Shown here piece by piece: positions 37,789-48,051 of a stretch of 64,000 nt of DNA; position 1 is the stretch's first letter, and each line of letters opens with the position of its first letter. The notes under the pieces are model-generated. The model saw only the letters and a list, made by a program, of their open reading frames with translations, ran no database searches and was not told the origin of the DNA. A program made the position numbers and the translations under genes. The DNA is from Ostreococcus lucimarinus (taxonomy: Eukaryota), in NCBI GenBank assembly GCA_000092065.1, contig CP000585.1. One strand, given 5' to 3'.

Positions 37789-40700
37789 ATGCCGCCGCGA
37801 CGGTCGGCGCGGTCGAAATCGCCGGCGAAAGCGACGAAGGATGCGATTGCGAACGCGGCGGCGGACGCGACGGCGACGAAACGACGACCGGACGCGCGCG
37901 AGGCGACGGACGAGGGCGCGCGGACGGTGAAAGCGGCGCGAACGGCGCGAGGGACGGCGGCGGGGCGGGGGAGCGCGCGTGGGGGGGGTAGTAGAGGGTT
38001 GACGACGCGCGCGATCGAGGACGACGCGCTGTTCGCGACGGCGCGAGAGACGTGGCGGCGAAACGACGGCGAAGCGGCGTACGACGGCGAGGTGGTGCGA
38101 AAGATTTACGAGGAGGAGCTTGGGGGGGGGAGAGCGGCGGCGGCGACGGGGCGATTGCAGGTTTTGGACGCGACGGGGTACGCGGAACGGTTTCTCGCCG
38201 TCGGCGCGCGCGATCGAGGGAATTGCGATCGAGCGCTCGTGATGTCGGTGATTTTAGGGGTGAATGAAAAGTTTCGACAAGGCGTGGACGGATTCGGGGC
38301 GTTCGCGGGAGAGGAAGGCGCGACGGCGTTTCGGAACGCGCTCGAGAGCGCGCTCGACGCGTACGCGTCGTTGACGACGATCGAGAAGACGGCGTGCTTG
38401 ATGTTCCTCATCAAGACGTTTGCGAGTTTGGAAAACGAAGCCGTGCGCGCGGTTGCGCTGCCGTTGGTGTCGCTGCCGCTGTGGAACAAACTCAGCGAAG
38501 GGCGTTTGCAATTGGAATTGACCAAGCACGAGTCGCTCGCGAAGCATCACTCGAAAATGTTGAAAAAGGAAGCCAAGACGGCGAAAAAGGCGGCCGAAGC
38601 GGGAGAAGCGCACGTGCCGATCGGAGAACGCCGCGAGTCGTGCTGGCTCGTGCGCGTGATTGATGATTTCGTGTCGTACGCCTCGGACGCGACGGACGAG
38701 GACGGCGTGCGCTTTTGCGAACGGTTCATGGAGTTGGTGATTGATTTACTCTCTCAGCTCCCCACGCGTCGCTTCACGCGCACGCTCATGAGCGACAAGG
38801 CGTTGCTCGTGAAAGCACGCATGGTTCCGTTGTACACGGCCCCGAACGGTCGCCTGTACGCGCAGTTGGTCGATTTGTTCACATTTTACCAGTACTTTGA
38901 AATCGACGATCACACGGGCGCGGCGCTCAAAGACGAAGAAGTCGCGTCCGCACACTACGATCGCTTGCTTCAGCTGCAAAGGTTAGCGTTCAAGTACATC
39001 CCAAAGTTGAAAGATCTCGCGCTCGGGAACTGCGCTGGGATCGAGAGAAGAAAGAACTTGATTCAGCACCTCGCCGTGCTCGAGCCCGAGGAGTTGTTCA
39101 AGCTCGTCACAGCGCAGCTTCGTTTGGTGGATCCGAATGATCCGTGGGCGAAGGACCCGAAATTTTTGTTAGAGGTCATGGTCAACGTGTTCGAAAAAAG
39201 GCGCAGTCAGCGCCAGATGATAAACTCCATGCCGCTCTACCCGAACGAGGACGTTTTGTGGAACGAAAACATCATTCCGAGCATCGAGTACGACGGTCAG
39301 GGCGCGTTGGCGTTGCCCAAACTCAACTTGCAGTTTTTGACCATGCACGATTACTTGCTTCGAAATTTCAACTTGTTCCGCCTGGAAGCGACGTATGAAA
39401 TTCGCGAGGACCTAGCTGATGTGTTGAAGCGCATGCAGCCCGTCGGCGATGGCAGCGGTGCTCGCGCGCGTTTCAACGGCTGGGCGCGTATGGCGATAGA
39501 AATTCCTTCTAACGGCGTCGAAGTCGTTGAGGTATGTAAGCCGAACGTCGGTGAATCGAAGCCTGCCGCGGTGACGATTGAGGTTTCAGTGGACTTTAAA
39601 AATGCGCGTCCTGACGTGCGAGAGGAATGGGATCGATTGCGCGTGCATGACGTCGTCTTTATGCTCGACTGCGAGGGCGTCGGTCCGAGCTCGAGCGAAG
39701 CTAAGAATCCTGGAGAAAAGTTCGGTCTTCGCCACGTGCGCGGTGCCGAAGTGATTGATATTCGTGATGGGTATGGGACGTACTTGAAAGAGTTTAGGTC
39801 AAGAAATCCGAACCCACGCGAAGACGACAAGCCACCGAAAACCGTCACCGGAACGCGTCGCATCTTTACGCTTGCGCTCGACACGGCGCAGTATCAAATG
39901 GACGTGAACAAGCAGAAAGAAGGAGGCGAAAACGTCTACAATCGACTGAACGTGCTCGTTCGCCGCGAAGCGAAAGAAAATAACTTCAAGGCGATCCTGG
40001 CGTGCATTCGAGACTTGATGAACACCGACGTCAGCGTTCCAGAGTGGCTGCACGACGTGTTTTTGGGTTACGGCGATCCCTCCGCCGCTGCGTTGTTGAA
40101 CACACACGAAGCCTTGCACACGATTGATTTCAAAGACACTTTCTTGGATGAGCAACACCTAGTGGAATCGTTCCCGAATCATAAAGTTTCGTGGAAGAAC
40201 AAGGCGAAGAAGCACATCGCACCATTTCGCGTCACGTTTCCGAAACCGGAAGACGAGACTCAAGACACAATTGAAGTGGAATCGTACGTCCGTCCTGATC
40301 CCGGTCCGTATCCGGAAGATCAGCCGAACACGAACCAAGTTCGTTTCACGCCCGTACAAGTTGAAGCGATTCGCGCCGGGTTAAACCCGGGATTGACCAT
40401 GGTCGTCGGTCCGCCCGGTACGGGGAAGACGGATACGGCGGCGCAAATCATGCACTGCCTGTACCACAACGAGCCGGGTCAGCGTACGCTTCTCATCACG
40501 CATTCCAACGCGGCGCTGAACGACTTATTCATCAAGCTTCTTCAGCGCGATGTCCCAGCGCGCTATTTGTTGCGTCTCGGCCAAGGCGAATCCGAACTCG
40601 ACACAGACTTGAGTTTTACTCGCGCCGGCCGCGTCGACGCCATGTTGACCAAGCGCTTGGAGATTTTGGCTGAAGTCGAAAAGCTCGCGGATTCGATCGG

Positions 40701-42072
40701 GCTCAATGGTGAGGATGTTGCGTACACGTGTGAAACTGCGGGATTCTTTTGGAAAATTCACGTGCTGGCGAAGTGGGAAAAGTTCACCGCCGACTTTGAT
40801 GCGAGCGACGAAAAGAACTTCGTGGAGACGTCGTTCCCATTTAAGGATTATTTCGCCTCGGCGCCGAACCAGCCACTTTTCTTGGGCAAAGACAAAGAAG
40901 AAGACTTTTCGCGCGCAAAAGGCTGCATGCGGCATCTGCAGGTGATGTTCACCGCCTTGGAAGAGTGTCGGGCGTTCGAATTACTTCGTACGCAAGGCGA
41001 CCGCTCCGAGTACTTGCTCACCAAGCAAGCGAAGATCATCGCCATGACGTGCACGCACGCCGCGTTGAAGAGACATGATTTCATCAAGCAGAGCTTGCGA
41101 TACGACAACTTGATCATCGAAGAAGGCGCTCAGATTCTCGAAATCGAAACCTTCATACCGATGTTACTTCAGAAGAATGAAGACGGTCACTCGCGTCTCA
41201 AGCGCGTCGTCATGATTGGCGATCACAACCAGCTTCCACCCGTGGTGAAGCACATGGCGTTTCAAAAGTATTCGAACATGGATCAATCCATGTTCGCTCG
41301 CTTCGTGCGTTTGGGTACGCCGTACACGCAGCTTGACGCGCAAGGTCGTGCGCGCACCGAGTTGGCCAACTTGTACAACTGGCGTTACAAAAACTTGGGC
41401 AACCTCCCGAACACGCAAACGGGGCCGTACACGCTCGCGAACGCGGGATTCGCCCATCCGTTGCAATTCGTGGATGTTCGTGGAGAAGAGTCGACACCGA
41501 CGCCGTTCTTCTACCAGAATCTCACCGAAGCGGAGTATATCGTCAGCGTGTACCAATACATGCGCATGTGCGGCTACCCGGCTGAGAAGATTTCCATCTT
41601 GACGACGTACAACGGGCAAAAGAATTTGCTTTGCGACGTCGTGAATCAAAGGTGCACGAATCACCCGTTATTCGGCGCGCCCGCTCACGTCACGACCGTG
41701 GACAAGTTCCAAGGCCAACAAAACGACTTCATTTTGCTTTCGTTGGTGCGCAGCAAGACTGTCGGTCACTTGCGAGACGTCCGTCGTATGGTCGTTGCGT
41801 TTTCGCGCGCGCGATTCGGCTTGTACGTCTTCGGCAACTGCGACATGTTCTCCGAGTGTTTCGAGTTAGCGCCGGCGTTCGAGACGCTGGCCAAGTACCC
41901 TACCACACTCGAATTGTGTGTGGGCGAAAAGTACGGCGCGTGCGATCGCAAGACGAGCGATCAAGGCGAAAATACCGAAACAATCGCCGACGGCGCCGCC
42001 ATGGGTTCGGCGGTAAACACGCTTGCGTCGCAGTGGCAAGCGAGCCAAATGGCGGTGCACGCCAAAAAATAG
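37789..42072 (+). CDS. AQR: Intron-binding protein Aquarius (AQR/IBP160), spliceosomal RNA helicase
   Basis: The 1427-aa product carries the C-terminal helicase blocks MVVGPPGTGKTDTAAQIMHCLYHNEPGQRTLLITHSNAALNDLF, VVMIGDHNQLPPVV and VGHLRDVRRMVVAFSRARFGLYVFG. The long N-terminal ARM-like region is collinear with AQR. The first plausible ATG is 37789 (MPPRRSARSKSPAK). The gene is divergent from TIM14. Confidence 0.85.
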   Translation: MPPRRSARSKSPAKATKDAIANAAADATATKRRPDAREATDEGARTVKAARTARGTAAGRGSARGGGSRGLTTRAIEDDALFATARETWRRNDGEAAYDGEVVRKIYEEELGGGRAAAATGRLQVLDATGYAERFLAVGARDRGNCDRALVMSVILGVNEKFRQGVDGFGAFAGEEGATAFRNALESALDAYASLTTIEKTACLMFLIKTFASLENEAVRAVALPLVSLPLWNKLSEGRLQLELTKHESLAKHHSKMLKKEAKTAKKAAEAGEAHVPIGERRESCWLVRVIDDFVSYASDATDEDGVRFCERFMELVIDLLSQLPTRRFTRTLMSDKALLVKARMVPLYTAPNGRLYAQLVDLFTFYQYFEIDDHTGAALKDEEVASAHYDRLLQLQRLAFKYIPKLKDLALGNCAGIERRKNLIQHLAVLEPEELFKLVTAQLRLVDPNDPWAKDPKFLLEVMVNVFEKRRSQRQMINSMPLYPNEDVLWNENIIPSIEYDGQGALALPKLNLQFLTMHDYLLRNFNLFRLEATYEIREDLADVLKRMQPVGDGSGARARFNGWARMAIEIPSNGVEVVEVCKPNVGESKPAAVTIEVSVDFKNARPDVREEWDRLRVHDVVFMLDCEGVGPSSSEAKNPGEKFGLRHVRGAEVIDIRDGYGTYLKEFRSRNPNPREDDKPPKTVTGTRRIFTLALDTAQYQMDVNKQKEGGENVYNRLNVLVRREAKENNFKAILACIRDLMNTDVSVPEWLHDVFLGYGDPSAAALLNTHEALHTIDFKDTFLDEQHLVESFPNHKVSWKNKAKKHIAPFRVTFPKPEDETQDTIEVESYVRPDPGPYPEDQPNTNQVRFTPVQVEAIRAGLNPGLTMVVGPPGTGKTDTAAQIMHCLYHNEPGQRTLLITHSNAALNDLFIKLLQRDVPARYLLRLGQGESELDTDLSFTRAGRVDAMLTKRLEILAEVEKLADSIGLNGEDVAYTCETAGFFWKIHVLAKWEKFTADFDASDEKNFVETSFPFKDYFASAPNQPLFLGKDKEEDFSRAKGCMRHLQVMFTALEECRAFELLRTQGDRSEYLLTKQAKIIAMTCTHAALKRHDFIKQSLRYDNLIIEEGAQILEIETFIPMLLQKNEDGHSRLKRVVMIGDHNQLPPVVKHMAFQKYSNMDQSMFARFVRLGTPYTQLDAQGRARTELANLYNWRYKNLGNLPNTQTGPYTLANAGFAHPLQFVDVRGEESTPTPFFYQNLTEAEYIVSVYQYMRMCGYPAEKISILTTYNGQKNLLCDVVNQRCTNHPLFGAPAHVTTVDKFQGQQNDFILLSLVRSKTVGHLRDVRRMVVAFSRARFGLYVFGNCDMFSECFELAPAFETLAKYPTTLELCVGEKYGACDRKTSDQGENTETIADGAAMGSAVNTLASQWQASQMAVHAKK

Positions 42073-42242
42073 TCAACCATCTTAGGCGATTATCGTTGTC
42101 AAATAAGCAGGATCGATCATGGATTCAAACCCTTCCCTCGACGCATTCGCTTCGCGCCTGGAATCCTCCGTCGCTTCGCGCGAGACTGAGATTCCGAAAA
42201 TCCCTCAAAGATCTCCATTCGCGCGCGCGCCCATCGTCCGCG

Positions 42243-43130
42243 ATGGACGACCTCGACGTCGATTTCGACTTCGAGGACAAGCTCGATGTCAACGACACCC
42301 AACCCCAGGCCCCGCCGCCCGAGCTCAACGAGCGCGGGCGTAAAAACTACCGTCAAACCGTGTGCAGGCACTGGCTGCGAAACTTGTGCATGAAGGGCAA
42401 CGCGTGCGGGTTCCTGCACCAGTTCGACAAGTCCCGCATGCCCACGTGTCGGTTTTTCGCAAAGTACGGCGAGTGCAAGGAACCGGATTGTCCGTACAAG
42501 CACTCGTTGGAGGACATGAAGGATTGCAACATGTACAAGCTCGGGTTCTGCATTCACGGGTCGCTGTGCAGGTTTAGACACGTGAAATTGCCGGGACCGC
42601 CGCCGCCGGTGGAAGAACAGGCGCTGATTGGACAACCGGGACACCTGCACGGGGCGAAGTCGTTTAAACAGCGCGAACGGGAGAAGATGATGTCGCAGGC
42701 GTTGGCGCCGAGGCCGGAGGCGGACTCGACGTTTAAGCCGCCGCCGTTGCCGCCGGGACCGCCGCCGAAGGATGCGAAAAAGCTGGAAGAAAGGTTGGCG
42801 CTGCCGCCTACGACGATAGAGCATACTGGACACGATGCTGGACGGGTGTCGGTGCCCCCACCGCCTACGATGCAGGCACCGGCGCAGAGGACGGAGCCGC
42901 CGGCGAGACCTAGCGCGCCGCCGGGCAGGCCAAGCGCGCCGTCGAGGGCGCCGACGGGGGCGCGTCCGCCCGTCGCTCCGCCGGGAGCGCCGCCGGGTTT
43001 ACCGCCGGGCGTGTCTGCGCCCGCGGCACCGGCGGCGAAATTGCGCGGATGGGGTGCGGGAGGCGTGAAGCGTAAAGCCGAATCCGCGCCCGAAGTACCG
43101 GAGGCGGATGGATTTCCGGGCGCGGCGTAA
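42243..43130 (+). CDS. CPSF30: Cleavage and polyadenylation specificity factor 30 kDa subunit (CPSF30), CCCH zinc fingers
   Basis: VCRHWLRNLCMKGNACGFLHQFDKSRMPTCRFFAKYGECKEPDCPYKHSLEDMKDCNMYKLGFCIHGSLCRFRH contains three or more tandem C-x8-C-x5-C-x3-H fingers, as in CPSF4. The C-terminus is Pro-rich. The first plausible ATG is 42243 (MDDLDVDFDFEDK). Confidence 0.8.
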   Translation: MDDLDVDFDFEDKLDVNDTQPQAPPPELNERGRKNYRQTVCRHWLRNLCMKGNACGFLHQFDKSRMPTCRFFAKYGECKEPDCPYKHSLEDMKDCNMYKLGFCIHGSLCRFRHVKLPGPPPPVEEQALIGQPGHLHGAKSFKQREREKMMSQALAPRPEADSTFKPPPLPPGPPPKDAKKLEERLALPPTTIEHTGHDAGRVSVPPPPTMQAPAQRTEPPARPSAPPGRPSAPSRAPTGARPPVAPPGAPPGLPPGVSAPAAPAAKLRGWGAGGVKRKAESAPEVPEADGFPGAA

Positions 43131-43196
43131 CTAGTCTGTGTTTGTTTAGCAAGTTTGTTAGAATCATTACAACGTTCACACTCACTAGATAAAAAA

Positions 43197-44591
43197 TCAT
43201 TTCCCCCAATCGTCATCGCCCCAGTCTTCATCCGGTTCTTTCGCGGACTTTTCCTCTTCCGAGTCGCTCACGCCCCACTCGTCGAGTGCGCTCGCGGACT
43301 GCGTTCGACTCGACGAACGGCTCGCATTTTGGTTCGCGCGCTGCGGCTGCGGCCGCGGCTGGCTCTGCGCGCTCTGAAAACTCGACGAGCTGCCGAATCC
43401 AGCGTACTTACCGCCTTGCGATGGGGGTAAGTTTGACGGACGATGCGAGTTTTCGGCTTGCTTACGGGCGAAGAAGTCGTCTCGCTGCGCGGCGACGGGA
43501 TCGCGATCGCGCCGCTCTGCGTCGTCCCAGCCCGCGCCCCAACCGTCGTTTTTCCGTTGTGCGTATTGCGGGTCGGCGCTGTTACCGCCGCGAGGAAATC
43601 CATCGTCGAATCCCGTGGTGGGGATATCGCTCGTCAAGGTTTCGATCGACTTCATCGCTTGCCCGGAGACGGCTTTGAAAAAACCCCAACCTTGCTTCGC
43701 GAGTTCCGACGCCTTATTCGCCGCCACGGTCGCGGTTTGCGACGCGCGATGCTGAAGCTGATCGTAGTCTCCGTCAGAGATGTTGCTCACGATGGACGAC
43801 GTCGCCTGCGCCGCGCGGTTCGCCGCGCTCATCGTAAACTGCCCGAGCTTGGACGTCACGTTGCTCACCTGCCCGATGATGGCCTCGAACTCGTCCTCCT
43901 GCCGCGGCGCGCCGCCACCGCCCGATCCAAACCCGACGTACTTCCCGCCCTGACTCGGATGCAACCCCTCGGGCTTATTCGCGTTCAACGCTTGCTGCCG
44001 CGCGAAGAACGCGTCCTTTTGCGCCGCGCTCGCCGCGTACTCCGACGCCGTGTACTCCTCTCCCGGTCTCGCGCCCGCGCGTCCGCGCCCTCGCCCGTCG
44101 TCTATCCCACCATCATTCCACCCCCCCCCATCGCCTCCGTGCCCTCGTCCTCGGCCCTCCGCGTCTCGACGCGTCTCCGCGTCTTCTCGCCGCGCGCCTC
44201 GCTCGACCCGCGTCGGCGCCGTCCACGCCTCCCCGTTCGCCTCCGCCGCGACCTTCTCCCTGAACACCCGCGCCGCGTCGGAATTATACTTTTCCTTTAT
44301 CGCCGTCCGTCTCGGCACGCCGTGTCGCTCCAAGAACGCGTTCAACGCGTCGTTCCCGCCCGCCCGCATCTTCGCCAGCTGCGCCGCGCTCCACGAATCC
44401 ATCGACGCCGATCGCACGAAGCTCACGTGCACGCCCAGCGATCTGTGCACGCCCGAGCACTCCAAGCACACGAACGCGCCGTGCGACACGCTCGCCCACT
44501 GCGGGTTCTTCGTCTCGCAGTCCGCGCACTGCGCGTTGCCGTCCGCGCGCTGGAGCGCGCGAAGCGCGTCGCGCGCGTCCGGCGACGCCAT
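43197..44591 (-). CDS. ADP-ribosylation factor GTPase-activating protein (ArfGAP1-type)
   Basis: [71 protein letters not shown] is the ArfGAP C4 zinc-finger domain. The C-terminal region is Gly/Ser-rich with repeated GGKYVGFGS and GGKYAGFGS motifs. The first plausible ATG is 44591. Confidence 0.8.
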   Translation of the reverse strand: MASPDARDALRALQRADGNAQCADCETKNPQWASVSHGAFVCLECSGVHRSLGVHVSFVRSASMDSWSAAQLAKMRAGGNDALNAFLERHGVPRRTAIKEKYNSDAARVFREKVAAEANGEAWTAPTRVERGARREDAETRRDAEGRGRGHGGDGGGWNDGGIDDGRGRGRAGARPGEEYTASEYAASAAQKDAFFARQQALNANKPEGLHPSQGGKYVGFGSGGGGAPRQEDEFEAIIGQVSNVTSKLGQFTMSAANRAAQATSSIVSNISDGDYDQLQHRASQTATVAANKASELAKQGWGFFKAVSGQAMKSIETLTSDIPTTGFDDGFPRGGNSADPQYAQRKNDGWGAGWDDAERRDRDPVAAQRDDFFARKQAENSHRPSNLPPSQGGKYAGFGSSSSFQSAQSQPRPQPQRANQNASRSSSRTQSASALDEWGVSDSEEEKSAKEPDEDWGDDDWGK

Positions 44592-44849
44592 GGCGCGCGT
44601 CGAGCGCTCGACGTCCCGAGCGCGTCGAGCGATACAGCGAGACGCGCGTCCGAGACGATCGAGAGACGCGCGCGCGCGTCCGGCCGCGATCGCGCGGCGC
44701 GATGGCGAGATTCGCGATCGGAATCTCCGCGTCCGAGACGTCCGAGACGTCCGAGACGATCGAGCGACGCGAGCGTTCGCGAACGGCAGTCGCGCGCGCG
44801 CCCACACGCGATCGAGGCGCGCGTGCGATACGACGAACGCGGCGTCGCG

Positions 44850-45998
44850 ATGCCGAGCTTCCGCGATCGCGCGCACGCGGACGCGCGCGCGGCGCGCGCG
44901 GCGCCGGCGTACGCGCACCCGACGGCGAAGGAGCGCGAGTCGATGGCGCAGATGCGCGCGTGGTTGGCGCGCGATGGATCGGCGCTGCCGCGCACGATGA
45001 CGCGCGCGGAGTGCGGTGGGGAAGAGCGCGCGCTGTTGAAGTTCGTGCGGGCGAGGAAGAGCGCGGAGAAGTCGTACGAGATGCTGAGGAACACGCTGGC
45101 GTGGCGGGCGAGGGAACGCGTGGACGCGTGCCTGTCGGAACCGATCGACGACGATAAATTGAAACACGTGGAGAGGATACCGGCGTATTACGCCGGGTTC
45201 GGGAAGACTGGACATCCGATCTACGTCGAGCACACGGCGGTGATTCCGTGGCCGACGATATTGGAGCACATGACGGCGGATGAGTTTTTGAAGAGTCAGG
45301 TGCAGACGCTCGAGTGGCAGGCGAGCGTGGTGTATCCGGAGGCGTCGCGACGGGCGGGGGAGCCGATCACGCAGGTGATTAACGTTTGGGATTTGAAAGG
45401 GCTCACCATGAGTGGGTTCACGAGCGAGATCAGGGCGTTCGTGAAGAAGGCGAGCGCGGTGGCGCAGGACAATTATCCCGAAGGATTGTACGCCGCGTAC
45501 ATCGTCAACGCCCCGAAGATTTTCTCCTTCGTTTGGGCGGTGGTTAAGCAGTTTTTAGACGCTAAAACGGTGGCTAAGGTGCACATTTACGGCAGTGGGT
45601 CGAAAATGTACGAAAAACTCTTAGATAGGCTCGGGCCGGCGACGCTGCTGCGCAAGGAGATGCTGTGCTGCCGGACGAAAGAAATCGGCGAAGCCGAGGC
45701 GGCCGCCGGGTTGCAACCCGCGCACGGTGCCACGCAAGAATGGATCAAATCGCAGCTAAAGGGCGAGGAACCCACGGGTGGGGCCGCCCCTGGATCGCTC
45801 CGTCGCGAGAGTAGCACGCAGAACCTGTACGACGTCTTCTTCGACGCCGCATCCGAACTTCCGCCGTCGTCCATGACCGAAAGGGAACTCGAACGATACG
45901 CGACGACAAAAGACTCGTTCGGACTGGCGAGCGAACAACCCGATGCGCTCGCACCGGATGTCGTGGACGAGAAGCAGAAGTGTTGCAAATGTTGCTAG
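44850..45998 (+). CDS. SEC14-like phosphatidylinositol transfer protein (CRAL-TRIO domain)
   Basis: [32 protein letters not shown] is the CRAL-TRIO N-terminal region. [20 protein letters not shown]...[20 protein letters not shown]...[38 protein letters not shown] is the lipid-binding domain. The first plausible ATG is 44850. The gene is divergent from ArfGAP. Confidence 0.75.
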   Translation: MPSFRDRAHADARAARAAPAYAHPTAKERESMAQMRAWLARDGSALPRTMTRAECGGEERALLKFVRARKSAEKSYEMLRNTLAWRARERVDACLSEPIDDDKLKHVERIPAYYAGFGKTGHPIYVEHTAVIPWPTILEHMTADEFLKSQVQTLEWQASVVYPEASRRAGEPITQVINVWDLKGLTMSGFTSEIRAFVKKASAVAQDNYPEGLYAAYIVNAPKIFSFVWAVVKQFLDAKTVAKVHIYGSGSKMYEKLLDRLGPATLLRKEMLCCRTKEIGEAEAAAGLQPAHGATQEWIKSQLKGEEPTGGAAPGSLRRESSTQNLYDVFFDAASELPPSSMTERELERYATTKDSFGLASEQPDALAPDVVDEKQKCCKCC

Positions 45999-46198
45999 CG
46001 CGTCGCCGCGATAGTCAAAGTGACGACCGAGGACACGCATCGTAGCCAATCTTGTACATTCTAGCATGCAATAACTTATAATAACAGCGACATCCGTCGT
46101 TCAAATCATTTTACATCGTCACCATCGTCTAGTACGACGGCGATTCATAATCTAAGAAGAGTGTGTACACGAGAGGAACGCGCTCGAGTCGAGCGCGT

Positions 46199-46488
46199 CT
46201 AGAAATCAACCTCCGGTTGTTGCGTCGGCAAAAGTGAAAACCGCTTCTTCAGCGCGACTCGTTGCTTCGAAAACTTATCATCCGGCGAAAATCTCGCCGG
46301 GTGCGCCGATTGCGTCGGCGTTCCATCCGGGGCGGTTTTCTGCGTCGCGAAATCCGGCGCGTCAGTCGCGCGTCCGTAGGGTTGCGTCGCCTCGCGCGCG
46401 CGTCGCGAATTCGCCTCGCGCGTCGTCGCCCGCGCTCGCGCACCTTGAGCGTGTACACCCGCTCGCCCTTCTCGTTCATGTAATACAT
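46199..46488 (-). CDS. NOP10: H/ACA ribonucleoprotein complex subunit NOP10, two exons: join(complement 46444..46488, complement 46199..46339)
   Basis: This gene is not in the ORF track. Reverse-strand exon 1 encodes [15 protein letters not shown] and ends at a GTGCGC donor. The 104-bp intron 46340..46443 carries GACTGAC 20 nt before the acceptor CAG. Exon 2 encodes [46 protein letters not shown] and ends at a stop. The 61-aa product matches NOP10 from end to end (plant MYLMYYINEKGDKVYTLKK...[34 protein letters not shown]). Confidence 0.75.
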
Positions 46489-46767
46489 CAAGTACCTGCG
46501 TTCGTTCGCGCGCGTTCGACGCGCGTCAGTCGCTCGCGTTCGCGTCCCGTCGCCGCTCGAAATTCCGGCGGCGGCGATCGCCTCTCGGCGTTTCCGCGCC
46601 GTCCCCGTCCCGCGTCCGCGACGCCGCGTCCGCGTCCGCGATCGCGCGCGCGTCGCGCGATTCTCGCCCGCGCGTCGCGTCGTCGCGTCGTCGCGTCGTC
46701 GCGCGCACGCACATGTCGCTCGTGACCTCGCGTCGCGCAATGCCGAATCGGCATTCGCCGGCGCGCC

Positions 46768-47106
46768 ATGTCGCGCGCGCTGCGGCGCCTCGCGCGCGCC
46801 AAGCACGACGCGGCGACGAATCCCATGGGGTTCCTGCTCGAGAACCCGCTGAAGCTGTACCGCGATTGCATGCGGTTGGCGGATTTCTTGGCGCACAAGC
46901 AGGGACACTCCAGGGACGCGCTGCGCGCGACGGTGCGAGCGCCGTGGAGGACGCACAGGGACGAGCGCGATCCGGAAAAAATCGTGGCGCTGCGAGAGAA
47001 CGCGGTGCGGGGGCTGTCGAATTACATGATGTACGAGGCGTCGCGGGGCGCGATGGCGGGGACGCCGGCGTTCGCGAAGGAGGACGAGGAAGAGCGACGA
47101 GAGTAG
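46768..47106 (+). CDS. LYR-motif (Complex1_LYR) family protein
   Basis: The 112-aa ORF contains the L-Y-R motif region NPLKLYRDCMRLADFLAHKQ and the downstream basic/aromatic pattern of LYRM proteins. The stop codon is embedded in a 3x GAGTAGACGA repeat. The gene is divergent from NOP10. Confidence 0.55.
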   Translation: MSRALRRLARAKHDAATNPMGFLLENPLKLYRDCMRLADFLAHKQGHSRDALRATVRAPWRTHRDERDPEKIVALRENAVRGLSNYMMYEASRGAMAGTPAFAKEDEEERRE

Positions 47107-47129
47107 ACGAGAGTAGACGAGAGTAGACG
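47095..47129. repeat. (GAGTAGACGA)3 decamer repeat spanning the LYR gene stop codon
   Basis: There are three tandem copies. The TAG of the first copy serves as the LYR stop codon. Confidence 0.75.
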
Positions 47130-47171
47130 CGAAGGATGTAACATATTGCGATTTGATGGTTTCACGAGTCG

Positions 47172-47924
47172 CTAGTGCGCCGCGTCGCCGCGAGCGAGCG
47201 CTCGCCAGAGGCAACCGCCGAGCATGACGATTTGAGGATACGAAAACGCCGCAATCGAAATCGCGAACGTCAACGAGAATGCGTGCTTGATTCGTCGCTC
47301 TTGCGTCGGAATCGGCCGCAGCGCTAAACCGAAGGCAATTTGATGCGTTATGAACATGCTCAGCGCGTAGAGCCAAAGAAATGCACGACTGTCGCTTCTC
47401 GGCACGCTCGCCCTTCGCAAAGGAATGATGAAGAACCCGACGCCCATGAGAATTCCCAAACCGAAGCAATACGACATCGCCAGCGCTGGTCCGATGGGAA
47501 TACCGAGCAACAACCGCAAGCACACCCACACCGAGCAAAACGTGGTCAAGAAGATCCAAATCACGTCCCCGACCGCGGGTCCGTATTCGCGCGCGTCGTC
47601 GCCTCGATCTCGTTCCGACGCGACGCCGGCTCTCCTGAGAAGTCGTCCCACGAAGCTCTCCGGCACGTCAAACTGCGTCGACTCCCTGCACACTTCGCAC
47701 ACGTTCGATCCCTTCGTTCGCAACCACTTCTCCGCGCACGTTTCGTGGACGTAGACGCCGACGCACGCGCACTCGAGTTTCACCAGCCTTGACTCTGGCA
47801 ACTCCTCGACGTCGCAGAGACACACTCGGCACACGGCATCGGCGGGCGCGTCGTCGTCGGATGGGCGTGGCGCCGGATGTGTCGCGGATGGGCATGGCGT
47901 CGACGCATCGACGCGCGGCGGCAT
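47172..47924 (-). CDS. RING-CH (MARCH-type) zinc-finger membrane E3 ligase-like protein
   Basis: CRVCLCDVEELPESRLVKLECACVGVYVHETCAEKWLRTKGSNVCEVC has the C4HC3 RING-variant spacing. About five TM helices follow. Confidence 0.65.
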   Translation of the reverse strand: MPPRVDASTPCPSATHPAPRPSDDDAPADAVCRVCLCDVEELPESRLVKLECACVGVYVHETCAEKWLRTKGSNVCEVCRESTQFDVPESFVGRLLRRAGVASERDRGDDAREYGPAVGDVIWIFLTTFCSVWVCLRLLLGIPIGPALAMSYCFGLGILMGVGFFIIPLRRASVPRSDSRAFLWLYALSMFITHQIAFGLALRPIPTQERRIKHAFSLTFAISIAAFSYPQIVMLGGCLWRALARGDAAH

Positions 47925-48051
47925 GACGTTCGGGTCGAGTGACGAGCGTCATTGTGTGCGTCGGCGCGCTCGAGACGGTTCGCGTTCCACGAGGCGATCG
48001 CGGTGGTTAATACAACAACAACAGCGAGGCTGGCGGATAGCGCGACGGCGA

